Below, piece by piece: positions 14,408 through 30,470 of a stretch of 64,000 bases of DNA (its first letter is position 1; each line of letters starts with the position of its first letter). The position numbers were made by a program, and so were the translations under genes. The DNA lies in assembly GCF_009914755.1 (NCBI RefSeq), contig NC_060928.1; one strand, 5' to 3'. This DNA comes from the human T2T-CHM13v2.0 reference genome, Homo sapiens. The notes below the pieces were generated by a model. It had not been told where the DNA came from and made no database searches. It saw only the letters and a list, made by a program, of their open reading frames with translations.

Positions 14408-14992
14408 TGCTGAGGCTTGAGTAGCTCACAGTGTAAACAAAGTGGCTGGGAAGCACCAAATGGGCAGAGCCCACTGCGGTCAGCAAGGCCTACTGCCTCT
14501 ATAGATTCTACCTCTGTGGGCAGGGCATAGGAGAACAAAAGGCAGCAGACAGCTTCTACAGACTTAAATGTCCCTGTCTGACAGCTCTGAAGAGAGCAGT
14601 GGTTCTCTCAGAACGACGTTCGAGCTCTGAGAAGGGACAGACTGCTGCCTCAAGCGGGTCCCTGACCCCCGTGTACCTGACTGGGAAATATCTCCCAGTA
14701 GGGGCCGACAGACACTTCATACAGGAGGGTGCCCCTCTGGGACAAAGCTTCCAGAGGAAGGATCAGGCAGCAATATTTGCTGTTCTGCAGCCTCCGCTAG
14801 TGATACCCAGGCAAACAGGGTCTGGAGTGGACCTCCAGCAAACTCCAACAGACCTGCAGCTGAGGGGCCTGTTAGAAGGAAAACTAACAAACAGAAAGGA
14901 ATAGCATCAACATCAACAAAAAGGACATCCACACCAAAACCTCATCTCTAGGTCACCAACATCAAAGACCAAAGGTAGATAAAACCACAAAG

Positions 14993-16017
14993 ATGGGAAG
15001 AAACCAGAGCAGAAAAGCTGAAAATTCCAAAAAACAGAGTGCCTCTTCTCCTCCAAAGGATCACAGCTGGTCACCAACAAGGCAACAAAACTGGATGGAG
15101 AATGAGTTTGACGCGTTAACAGAAGTAGGCTTCAGAAGGTTGGTAATAACGAACTTCTCCGAGCTAAAGGAGCATATTTTAACCCGTTACAAGGAAGCTA
15201 AAAACCTTGACAAAAGGTTAGATGAATGGCTAACTAGAATAACCAGTGTAGAGAAGAGCTTAAATGACCTGATGGAGCTGAAAACCATGGCACAAGAACT
15301 TCGTGACACGTGCACAAGCTTCAATAGTCGATTCAATCAAGTGGAAGAAAGGATATCAGTGATTGAAGATCAAATTAATGAAATAAAGTGAGAAGACAAG
15401 ATTAGAGAAAAAAGAGTGAAAAGAAATGAACAAAGCCTCCAGGAAATATGGGACTATGTGAAAAGACCAAATATGTATTTGATTGGTGTACCAGAAAGTG
15501 ACGGGGAGAATGGAACCAAATTAGAAAACACTCTTCAGGATGTTATTCAGGAGAACCTCCCCAACCTAGCAAGGCAGGCCAACATTCAAATTCAGGAAAT
15601 AATTGAACACCACAAAGAAACTCCTCGAGAAGAGCAACTCCAAGACACCTAATTGTCAGATTCACCAAGGTTGAAGTGAACGAAAAAATGTTAAGGGCAG
15701 CCAGAGAGAAAGGTCGGGTTACCCACAAAGGGAAGCCCATCAGACTAACAGTGGATCTCTCGGCAGAAACCCTATAAGCCAGAAGAGAGTGGGGGCCAAT
15801 ATTCAACATTCTTAAAGAAAAGAATTTTCAACCCAGAATCTCATGTCCAGCCAAAATAAGCTTCATAAGTGAAGGAGAAATAAAATCCCTTACAAACAAG
15901 GAAATGCTGAGAGATTTTGTCACCACCAGGCCTGCCTTACAAAAGCTCCTGAAGGAAGCACTAAATATGGAAAGGAACAACCGGTACCAGCCACTGCAAA
16001 AACATGACAAACTGTAA
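14993..16017 (+). pseudogene. L1 ORF1p (RNA-binding chaperone), disrupted
   Basis: MGRNQSRKAENSK..., KRNEQSLQEIWDYVKRPN; premature TGA at 15389-15391 plus further stops and frameshifts. Confidence 0.95.
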
Positions 16018-16080
16018 AGACCATCGATGCTAGGAAGAAACTGCATCAACTAACGGGCAAAATAACCAGCTAACATCATA

Positions 16081-19921
<3,841 letters not shown>

Positions 19922-20217
19922 ACAACAAGAACACATGGACACAGGGCAGAGAACATCACACACCGGGGCCTGTTGTGGGGTGGGGGCCTGGGGGAGGGAT
20001 ATCATTAGGAGAAATACCTAATGTAAATGACAAGTTGATGAGTATATCAAACCAACATGGCACATGTATACCTATGTAACAAACCTGCACATTGTACACA
20101 TGTGCCCTAGAACTTAAAGTATAACAATAAAAAAAAGCTCTGCAAAAAAAAGAGAGAAAGGAAAAAAGTGTTCATGAATAATTATAATACAATTTAAAGA
20201 GGAAACTGGAGGAAGGA

Positions 20218-20445
20218 AATTAATATTCACTGAGTGATTGCTATGGACTAGGCACCACATTAGACATCTTACATATATTATTTCAATCCTCACACTGTTG
20301 AGATAAGACATAATTATCTCTGCTGTACAGATGAGGAAAATGAGACTAGCGTGATTGAGTAACTTGCCAAAGATAGATAGTTTGTCAGTGGTAAAGCTGG
20401 GATTTGAATTATGTAATCTGTCTGATCAAAGTCCATGCCCCTCTA
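20218..20445 (-). mobile_element. MIR SINE
   Basis: 'tacagatgaggaaaatgagact..gagtaacttgccaaag..gctgggatttgaa'. Confidence 0.8.
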
Positions 20446-20473
20446 TTTTAATTGTAAAGTGTTATATAAAAAG

Positions 20474-20806
<333 letters not shown>

Positions 20807-21377
20807 TCAGAAAAAGGGAGAAATTACACTTAGTTAAGGGAGAGTAAAGACTTCTTAATAGAAGAAGCAGCATTCAAATACAAAGGGGTATCCTATTTGG
20901 ATGTGTGGAAACTGAGTGTGTCTAAGGATTCGGAGGAAAGGCTACTGGAAGAAAAGGCAAAAAGAAAAAGAAGATTTGAAGAGAAAAGAAGTAAATGGTT
21001 TGATTTGGTTTGGTGAAGCATAGTCTAGAAAGGGCATTAATGAAAAATTAATGGGAGATTAGGCTAGAAAACAGGCCAGATAAGAGGATCTGAATGTCAA
21101 GCAAGAATCTAGATTCTATTGTATTCTAAATGAAAACCATTAAGACTCAAGGTTTTGAGGTCAGAAGAGTGACATAATCAGAACTATGATATATAATTGT
21201 ATTAGGATACTACTGGTTGATAGTACACTCAATCCTAAATGCCTGCACTACAGATACAGAAAAAAAGCTAACTACTCACTTTCCTGACTTGCCTCCCTGC
21301 AGCAATGAGTGGCCAGACAACAGGCATATCTTCGCAGCGTGCAGAATGGCAATGGGGAAACCACAGTTAAAAGAAAC

Positions 21378-21520
21378 AGGCATCTGAGATCCTGTCAGGT
21401 AGGCATCTGAGATCCTGTCAGGTAGGCATCTGAGATCCTGTCAGGTAGGCATCTGAGATCCTGTCAGGTAGGCATCTGAGATCCTGTCAGGTAGGCATCT
21501 GAGATCCTGTCAGGTAGGCA
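21378..21520. repeat. Perfect minisatellite, 6.2 x 23 bp (AGGCATCTGAGATCCTGTCAGGT)
   Basis: Six identical head-to-tail copies plus AGGCA, no spacers. Confidence 0.98.
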
Positions 21521-22004
21521 GTGAGCTAGAGGGTTTTAACTGTTCAGGCTGCCATTGGCAAAGCTGCACAAAGTATGAGTACTGTGACTTGAATACCTGT
21601 CAGTAATGAGGAAAGGGAAAGGAGAACTGGGATGAAGAGTATAAGGTAGAAAGGGAATGCAGAGTTGAGGATCCAGGAAATGACTTAGTTCCAGAACAAG
21701 GGTTTTTGAATCTGAGCAGAAGCTCAATTATCAGAGAACTAAGGCATGACTCTAGGACCATTCTTAGGATAACAGCATTGATCCTGAGTCACCTGCATGT
21801 TGGAAAAGGGCCTATTTAAATGCCTCATGTTTAAGGTCTCCATTGAACCTGGAGATTACCCAGATGTGCAGGTGGAGATTAGCCAGAGCAGGATTTGCAG
21901 GTGGGGTTAAAGTCATCCTTGGAAGGGATGGGTCTGAACATTTGAGAACTCTGACACTTTATAGACTATTATTGATAATATTAAAAGTACTTATCACAAG
22001 AGAT

Positions 22005-22855
22005 GTGACATTTTTCCAAAGAAGATATACCTAGGGCCAACAGGGATATGAAAAGGTGCTCCACATCACTAATCATCAAGGAAATGAAAATCAAACCATA
22101 GTGAGTTATCACCTCACACCTGTCAGAATGGCTATTGTAAAAAAGACAAAAGATAACAAGTGTTGGTAAGGATGTAGAGCAAAGGGAATCCTCGTACACG
22201 GTTGGTAGGGATGTCAATTAGTACAACCATCATGGAGAATTGTATAGAGGTTTCTCAAAAAATTAAAATAGAACTACTACCATAGGACCTAGCAATCCCA
22301 CAGCTGGGTATATATCTGAAGGAAGTGAAATCAGTATGTTGAAGAGATATCTGCATGCATGTGTTCATTGCAGCATTTCTCACAATAGTCAAGATATGGA
22401 ATCAACCTAAATGTCTATTAGCTGATGAACAGGTAAAGAAACTGTGGTATACATACACAATGGAATATTATTTAGCCACAAAAAAGACTACCCTGCCATT
22501 TGCAACAACATGGATAAACCTGGATGACATTGTGCTGAGTGAAATAAACCAGACACAGAAATATAAATATTTTATAATCTAATTTATATGTGAAATCTAA
22601 AGAGGTCAAACTCATAGAAGCATAGAACAAAGGCTGGAGGGTGGCAGAAATGGGGAGATGTTGGTAAAAGGGTACAAATTTTCAGTTACAAGATGAACAA
22701 GTTCTGAGGATTGAATATACAACATGGGTGGTGAAAAATATGTTAATTTGATTGTTATAATATTGCACAATGTATATGTATGTGAAATCATTACACTGTA
22801 CATCTTGAGTATATTCAGTCTTTATTTGTCTACTAAGTAGTTTTAAATAAAAATA
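22005..22855 (+). mobile_element. L1MA-like 3' fragment
   Basis: ORF2 C-terminal remnant (LWYTYTMEYY, FATTWINLDDIVLSEI) followed by L1MA-type 3' UTR. Confidence 0.85.
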
Positions 22856-22863
22856 TAGATACA

Positions 22864-23362
22864 TTTTTTTTTTGTTTTACTTTAAGTTTTGGGATACATA
22901 TGCAGAACTTGCAGGTTTGTTACACAGGTATGCATCTGCCATGGTGGTTTGCTGCACCTATCAACCCATTATCTAGGTTTTAAGCCCCGCATGCATTAGG
23001 TATTTGTCCTAATGCTCTCCCTCTCCTTGCCCCCGACCCCTGACAGGTTGCAGTGTGTGATGTTCCCCTCCCTGTGTCCATGTGTTCTCATTGCTCAACT
23101 CCCACTTATGAGTGAGGACATGTGGTGAGGACATTTGCTTTTCTGTTCCTGTGTTAGTTTGCTGAGAATGATGGCTCCAAAAGCAATTGCAACAAAATCC
23201 AAAATTGACAAATGGGACCTAATTAAACTAAGAGCTTCTGCACAGCAAAAGAAACTATCATCAGAGTAAACAGGCAACCTACAGAATGGGAGAAAACTTT
23301 TGCAATCTATCCATCTGACAAAGGTTTAATATCCAGAATCTACATAGAACTTAAACAAATTT
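22864..23362 (-). mobile_element. 5'-truncated, 5'-inverted L1PA8-like insertion
   Basis: 22864-23177 is the reverse L1 3' end ('taggttttaagccccgcatgcattagg'); 23178-23362 is forward L1 ORF2 sequence; possible TSD ataca(a)ttttt. Confidence 0.88.
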
Positions 23363-23555
23363 ATACAATTTTTAAAATTAAAAAAACCAGAACTACCACA
23401 AGAACAGAGACTGGGTCTGCTTATCCACCACAATTACACTGCCTTATTGTGCCTTGCACATTGTACCTTATATATAGGGGCTAAATAATACTTGTTGAGT
23501 AGTTAATTGAATTATGTTAATATGAATTAATGAACAAATGTCAGGGTAACTTTCA

Positions 23556-23936
<381 letters not shown>

Positions 23937-24574
23937 TCATCTGCCTTTTCTTTCATTTCCCTTTCTTCTTTCTGCCTTTACCCTCTGTTGTTACTTGTTA
24001 TTTTTCCAAGTTGCTGTGACATTATTTACTTTATTCCCTTTCTTTTCCTCTCCAAGAGTTTTATTTCCCTTGATTCAGGAGATTCACAGCAACATCCTCT
24101 CTCTTCATTTCCCTGGCCCTTTTTCCATCTTAACCACAGCTGTGAGAATTGCTTTTTTAATTTTTTTTCATTCTAATACCCTTTCACCATCTCATTTCCC
24201 TTGTCAAGAACCATTTTCTCACCCATTTAGGTAAATGCAAAGACTCACCTCTCTTCCCTAAGGTCTCCTTTCTTATTTAATTTCATCCTATGACTGTAAA
24301 AGAGTTTGTTGCCATTTAGCTTTCTAGTCCCAGCAATTCTTAACAATCTACGCTGTCTTCAGCTTTAGGAAGACGATCAGAACCACTCACTGAATAATAG
24401 ACAGTTTCCCTTTTTACCATCAGTCTGCAAAATAAAACCTTATTAATCTGGAAGGCTTTACAAAATAACATGTGATATAGAAGTAGAATTGAGGTTTGTG
24501 TTTTTTTTTTTTACTCTCTAAGGAGGAGTTTTGCACTGTATAATATAAATACTATGAATAAGATGATGTGGGAA

Positions 24575-24986
24575 CGATAGAGTTTGGATATTTGCCCCCG
24601 CCCAAATCTCTTGTTGAAATGTAATCCCTAGAGTTGGAGGTAGAGCCTGGTGGGAGGTGACTGGATCATGGGGGTGGATTTCTCATGAATGATTTAGCAT
24701 CCTCTTGGTGCTGTCCTCAAGATAGTAAATTCTCACAAGATCTGGGTGTTGAAAAGTGTGTGGCACCTTCTCTCTCTCTCTCCTGCTTTTGCCATGTGAC
24801 GTGCCTGCTCCCCCTTTGCCTTCCACTATGATTGTAAGCTTCCTAAGACTTCCCTAGAAGCTGAGCAGATGCCAGCACTATGCTTCCTGTAAAGCCTGCA
24901 GTACCGTGAGCCAGTTATATCTCTTCTGTTTATAAATTACCAGTTTCATGTATTTATTTATAACGATGCAAGAACAGCGTAACAAA
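24575..24986 (+). mobile_element. MSTA-like MaLR solo LTR
   Basis: 'gtttggatatttg..cccaaatctc..aatgtaatccc..gcctggtgggaggtgactggatcatggggg..tataaattacc'; imperfect TSD gggaa/gagaa. Confidence 0.88.
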
Positions 24987-25106
24987 GAGAATGTTCAGCC
25001 TATGCGAGACAATTCTCACTGATGTAAACATTTGCACGGGAATAACAAGTTGTTAATTACAATTCTGTCCAAGTCTTTTAATAAACTTTAAAGGATGCCC
25101 AATCCC

Positions 25107-25525
25107 TATATTAGTCCATTCTTGCACTGCTGTAAAGAAATACCTGAGACTAAGTAATTTACAAAGAAAAGAGGCTTAACTGGCTCACGATTCTGCAGGC
25201 TGCACAGGAAGCATAGCAACTTCTGCTTCTGGGGGAGGCCTCAGGAAGCTTCCTTGCCAATCATGGTATAAGGCAAAGGGGGAGCCAGCACTTCACAAGG
25301 TCAGAGCAGCAGCAAGAGAGAGGTGGCAGGGAGTTGCTACACACATTTTTAAACAACTAGATCTTATGAGAACTAGTCAGAAGAACAGCACCAAGGTTGT
25401 GGTGCTAAACCATTCATGAAAGATTCACCCCTATGATCCAATCACCTCCCATCAGGCCACACCTCCAACACTGGGAATTACAATTCACATGAGATTGAGT
25501 GGGAACACAGATCTAAACCATATCA
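25107..25525 (-). mobile_element. MSTA-like MaLR solo LTR
   Basis: Reverse MST LTR ('attagtccattcttgcactgctgtaaagaaatacctgagac...aaaccatatca'); perfect 5-bp TSD ATCCC. Confidence 0.9.
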
Positions 25526-26319
25526 ATCCCCCAACTTAAACATTTACAACCCTTTTTTGGGGGAAGTATTTTGTTTGGAAACCTAATTAGATCTTCCTGT
25601 AGGAATCACAATATGAATATGGTTTATTTTCCCAGCCTAATCCACAAAAGCCTATTCCTAAAGTACCTAAAACATATCCCCATAGTACAATAGAAGCAGA
25701 CCATTATTAGTAATAGTGTCTTAATGAAAAATCCATTGAAAGTCAGAAGCGTAGATTAGAAGAGTCTGAATGACACGGTCATGACTCAGACAGGGGTGGG
25801 AAATGTGGGTTTAAGGGTTGGCTAAGGGAGAATTTGTTTGTAGAAACCTTGCACAGATGACAAGCTGTCTTCCTTAACTAGCTGCAAAAGAAGACAGGGA
25901 GTGAAAGAAGAAGTTTTGCAGTGTCCATACCCTTCCATTTTCCCAGAGCTAACAGCATGTGCTAGGGAGACGCAGAGCTGGAGAGGAACAGAATTATCAG
26001 GCCAGTTATGTTGAATTGTACATAAATAACAAAAAACAAATTTTGACATTTTAGGTCAAAATCTTATAAAATCAAAGAAATCAAAAGGGTTGACATTTTA
26101 AGAAAAAAAGTAGGTATCATTTTGAGTCAACAAAAAGAAGAGGAAAAAAGAAAAAGAAGATAATCAAAATTTCAAGTTCCTGTTACTAGACATATACTGT
26201 ATGTGAAAAGGATCATTTTCAGTGAGCCAAGTAAACAGAACATGGAAATTTTAAGAAAAATTTGATCAAATAAAAGAAAGCTTTCAACAACTTAAAAACC
26301 CATAACAAGCTTCTAATTT

Positions 26320-26634
26320 TGTGGGGGGGTGGCGGGTGGGTCTCACTCTGTTGCCCAGGCTGGAGTCCAGTGGAGCTATCTTGGCTCACTGCAACCTCCA
26401 TCTCAGGTTCAAGCGGTTCTCCTGCCTCAGCCTCCCTAGTAGCTAGGATTATAGGTGTGCACTGCCACACCCAGCTAATTTTTTTTTTTTTTTTTTTTTT
26501 TTTTTGGTATTTTTAGGAGAGACAGGGTTTTACCATTTTGGCCAGGCTGGTCTCAAACACCTGACCTCAAGTGATCTGCCTGCCTTGGCCTCCCAAAGTG
26601 TTGGGATTACAGGTGTGAGCCACCGTGTTCAGTC
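26320..26634 (-). mobile_element. AluS with C-rich replaced tail and expanded middle A tract
   Basis: Reverse Alu; TSD tctaattt at 26312-26319 and 26635-26642. Confidence 0.9.
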
Positions 26635-26820
26635 TCTAATTTGGGTTTTAAATGCATATTACTTATTAATACACTGCATGTACCTTATAGATCTATGTTA
26701 AACAGATTTAATGTACAGTTTATGCAAATTTACTCAAAGAAAAAGTAGGCTCATAGTAAGGTGTTAATGTAAGATTTAATTTTATAAAATACAAAAACTC
26801 TGCTGCACATATTGATAATC

Positions 26821-27496
26821 AAATCTACTACATGTATCATTTCTAAGTGCTCATATTTATGATAGATAAAATTTGTTTTGTGGTTGAAAGCCTATTTAAG
26901 GAACAGAAAACCAAACACCGCATGTTCTCATTTATAAGTGGCAACTGACTGATGAGAACACATGGACTCATTGTGGGGAGCAACACACATTGGGCACCTG
27001 TGGGGGCTTGGGGGAAGAAAGAGCATCGGGAAGAATAGCTAATGGATTCTGGGCTTAATACCTGGGTGATCAGACGATCTGTGCTGTAAACCACCATGAC
27101 ACACGTTTACCTGTGTAACAAACCTGCACATCCTGCATATGTAACCCTGAACTTAAAATAAAAGTTGAAGATAAATAAAAATAAATAAAACCCATTTTGC
27201 TGAAGAGTAATTTTTAAAAAGTCAGTTTAAGGTCCACTTTTTTTGTAAAAGAAAATTTCCCAAGAGCAGAGCAGGGGTTAGGAAAGTAACACATTACAAT
27301 AGGTAATGGGGAAAACAAAATATACAGATGGATAGGAGCCTATATAAAATTCATCTATAATTTTAAAAATATCAGAGAAAAGCTAATGACCATCAAGCAC
27401 CAAATGCAAAACTTCATTAAGTGCTATTTAATTTCAAATCTAACAATGGAAGTATCATAAATATGAGCACTTAGAAATGATACATGTAGTAGATTT
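26821..27496. repeat. Perfect 44-bp inverted repeat pair (26821-26864 / 27453-27496)
   Basis: aaatctactacatgtatcatttctaagtgctcatatttatgata and its exact reverse complement, 588-bp spacer. Confidence 0.97.
26899..27190 (+). mobile_element. 5'-truncated older L1PA (PA13-like) 3' end
   Basis: 'gaacagaaaaccaaacaccgcatgttctca..aacctgcacatcctgca..aacttaaaataaaagttg' plus A-rich tail. Confidence 0.85.
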
Positions 27497-28187
27497 TGGA
27501 AAAATATTATGATAATGATGTAGGCATAAGAGGTAGGCCAGACTTTTCCTTGGGGACACAACAACAACTCTTCGCTCCTTTTTTGTGCTGTAGAAAGATC
27601 ACGTGAGGGTATGTCTTGGCTTCACGTTTTCCCTAATACCTATCCTTCCTCAATTTATTGACTTCCTTTTGCTGTGATGTGAGGAAGACATTTTAAACTA
27701 AATGATCATGAGATTTCACATCCACTAAAGGCAAACTGGTAGCCAAAACAAAGGAAACCAGAGCAGGTTTCTAATGGGACCATTTGAAAATGCTGGTCCC
27801 AGCCTCCTTGCAAATTTTCAACATTTTCCAGCATAGGCAGTTAGGTAGACTATGTTTCTGCAGAGCCATAGTAAATATAGGACCTGATGTGAAGGTGTTC
27901 TGAAGTGCCATGATATACGTTCATTCTTAGCCACCATCATCCACGGTTCTCCTGGTCCTGTCCATTCTTGGTTTCCAGTGCTGGTTTATGATCTTTCTTC
28001 TGTTTATTAACTGTGGCTGTATACTCAAGATTTACTATGACTGTGTTTCTTTTTACAGTTACTCTCTTTAGTATCTTATTAACTACTATGCATTTAATGC
28101 TGCCTTTATATTTAATTTCCCAAGTCTTTCTATTCATATCTGAATTTTCTACTCTGTCTTGTCTATAAGACACGAGCACTTGGATGT

Positions 28188-28624
28188 TGTGGCAGATGTA
28201 GGTGCCTGCCCACCACTATCTGCTCCAAGACAGTGCTAGAATACAGGTCCCATATGTCCCTCTGGCTTCCTAAATTCCTTTCACAGCAGGCCAGGAGTGC
28301 TGAAAAGCCAACATCCAGCTGTGAACGTCAACAGTAAAGGCAGGGAACTTAGTGGATAAATCCATCAACTTCCTTGTCCCTCTTTGGGATGATTCTGGGA
28401 CATGCTCTACATAGTCTCTCAAGATTCCTCAGCAGGATTGAGCCCCATTTGTCCACAGCAGAAACTTGCTAATTGAGGCATCCATTTTTTGGTTTTGTTG
28501 CCTTCCCTGTGTCATTTCTCCACTCTCTCACGATGCTTTCTAGGATCATCTCTCAAATAAGTTATTTATGCTCAAATTCTTAAGAAATGCTTTGGGATGT
28601 GGGAAAGAAGGTCCAGCTAAGACA
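28188..28624 (+). mobile_element. LTR16-like (ERVL) solo LTR
   Basis: TGT...ctaagaCA termini, 'cagcaggattgagcccca', 'ggatcatctctcaaataa'; imperfect TSD gatgt/gaggt. Confidence 0.7.
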
Positions 28625-28928
28625 GAGGTCCTATTAAAAATTAAAATATGTTAAAGATTACAATCTCTCAAAACCAACTCATCAACTTCTTTTATCATCT
28701 GCTGTCTCACCACCTTCTTTCAAGGGCTGAGCACTACAAGGTATGAGGGTTTTAGAGACAGACTTCAGTTAACCTCCCAGTTTATGGTGTCATTCATGTG
28801 AGTAATTTATCTCTTCTGTTTCTGTATGTTTATACACATACATGCGCGCGCACACACACACACACACACACGTAGGATAATAATACTTTCCAAGGCTGTT
28901 GTAAGCATCAAATAAAAGAAAGCATGCA

Positions 28929-29440
<512 letters not shown>

Positions 29441-30452
29441 TTAATTAAAAGTCAAAACTTTCTCATAAGCTTGGTGTGAAAAGAACTTGTTTACTGAAGT
29501 ATGTGGAATGTTTTGCTTCATTAGACATCTATATACAGAGATCATAAAAAGCATAAATAATATTCTTATGATCTGGTATGAGGTGGAGTACACAATAGAT
29601 AATTCATGATATTGACTACAAAACTATCATGAAAATGGCTTATTTGTGAAACAATCTAAGGCAGAAATAACATTCAGTACATCAAGGGTAAAGAGATGGA
29701 AGATGAGTTCAGTAAATAATTATATTATTTATAGGCACTACAGTATTAAAAGTAAAACATTAATAACTGCATTTTCTTCTCTATAGAATCCTAGGGATTA
29801 TAATTAGTATTGATATTGAATTTGTTGTTTGTTGAGTTTCTCGTACTGACTTTTCATTTCTGAAAACTCACGTATTTTTTTGTATTTCCATCTTCATGCC
29901 ACATTCCTCCCCTTCCTAAAATTTGCTCATTTTCTTCAATATGGGCTCAATAAGATTTTCTGTTGACCGCATTCATGCTTAATTATAAATCATGTCTTCG
30001 GCAGTTGTTTCTAAATTAAAAATTCAATATCTGTCTATAATGAATCAAAAGTAGCTAGTAGGATCACAGTCTAAATAATCAGAGTCTGCAGGGATTCACA
30101 ACAACATTATTAGTACATGATTAATCAGTACATAATGCAAACCAGTTCATACTCGACTTTTATGTCATGCTGTCTTACATTACAGTCCTGTGGCACTGTT
30201 TCAGATCAGTTAAGAGTTTTGCTTTATATGATAGTACATTGTTAAATCTGCCATCTGGCCCAACAGCTGATGTGGCTCACACAACCCTGAAGAGGCCCCA
30301 AGGGTTTACTCCTGGGAAATATTTGGTCTACTGTGTGGTGTTGTGATTATCAGTTCATAGCTTTTTTATATCTTTTGAAAGAATTGCAGAAAGACCTCCA
30401 CACTGGGAAAATCCTAAATTGAAAATAATTTGCTAGAAAAGAATTACCTTAC

Positions 30453-30470
30453 CTGAGGACCAGGCTGTCC
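30453..30470 (-). CDS. COL25A1: 18-nt collagen Gly-X-Y microexon (GQPGPQ), probably collagen XXV alpha 1
   Basis: Minus strand: ttgtttttctttttctttttaatttcAG|GGACAGCCTGGTCCTCAG|GTAAGG; phase 0-0, two complete Gly-X-Y triplets, in a repeat-free island. Matches recalled COL25A1 ...GESGPP-GQPGPQ-GPPGPK...; COL13A1 shares the peptide, but absence of other collagen exons for about 30 kb each side and AT-richness favour COL25A1. Confidence 0.82.

Noticed and set aside
21378-21520. CRISPR-like array
   Set aside because: Repeats are directly adjacent with no spacers, no cas genes, eukaryotic context; it is a minisatellite.
27937-27975. GGACCAGGAGAACCG on the minus strand as another collagen exon
   Set aside because: No sustained Gly-X-Y period and no flanking splice sites.
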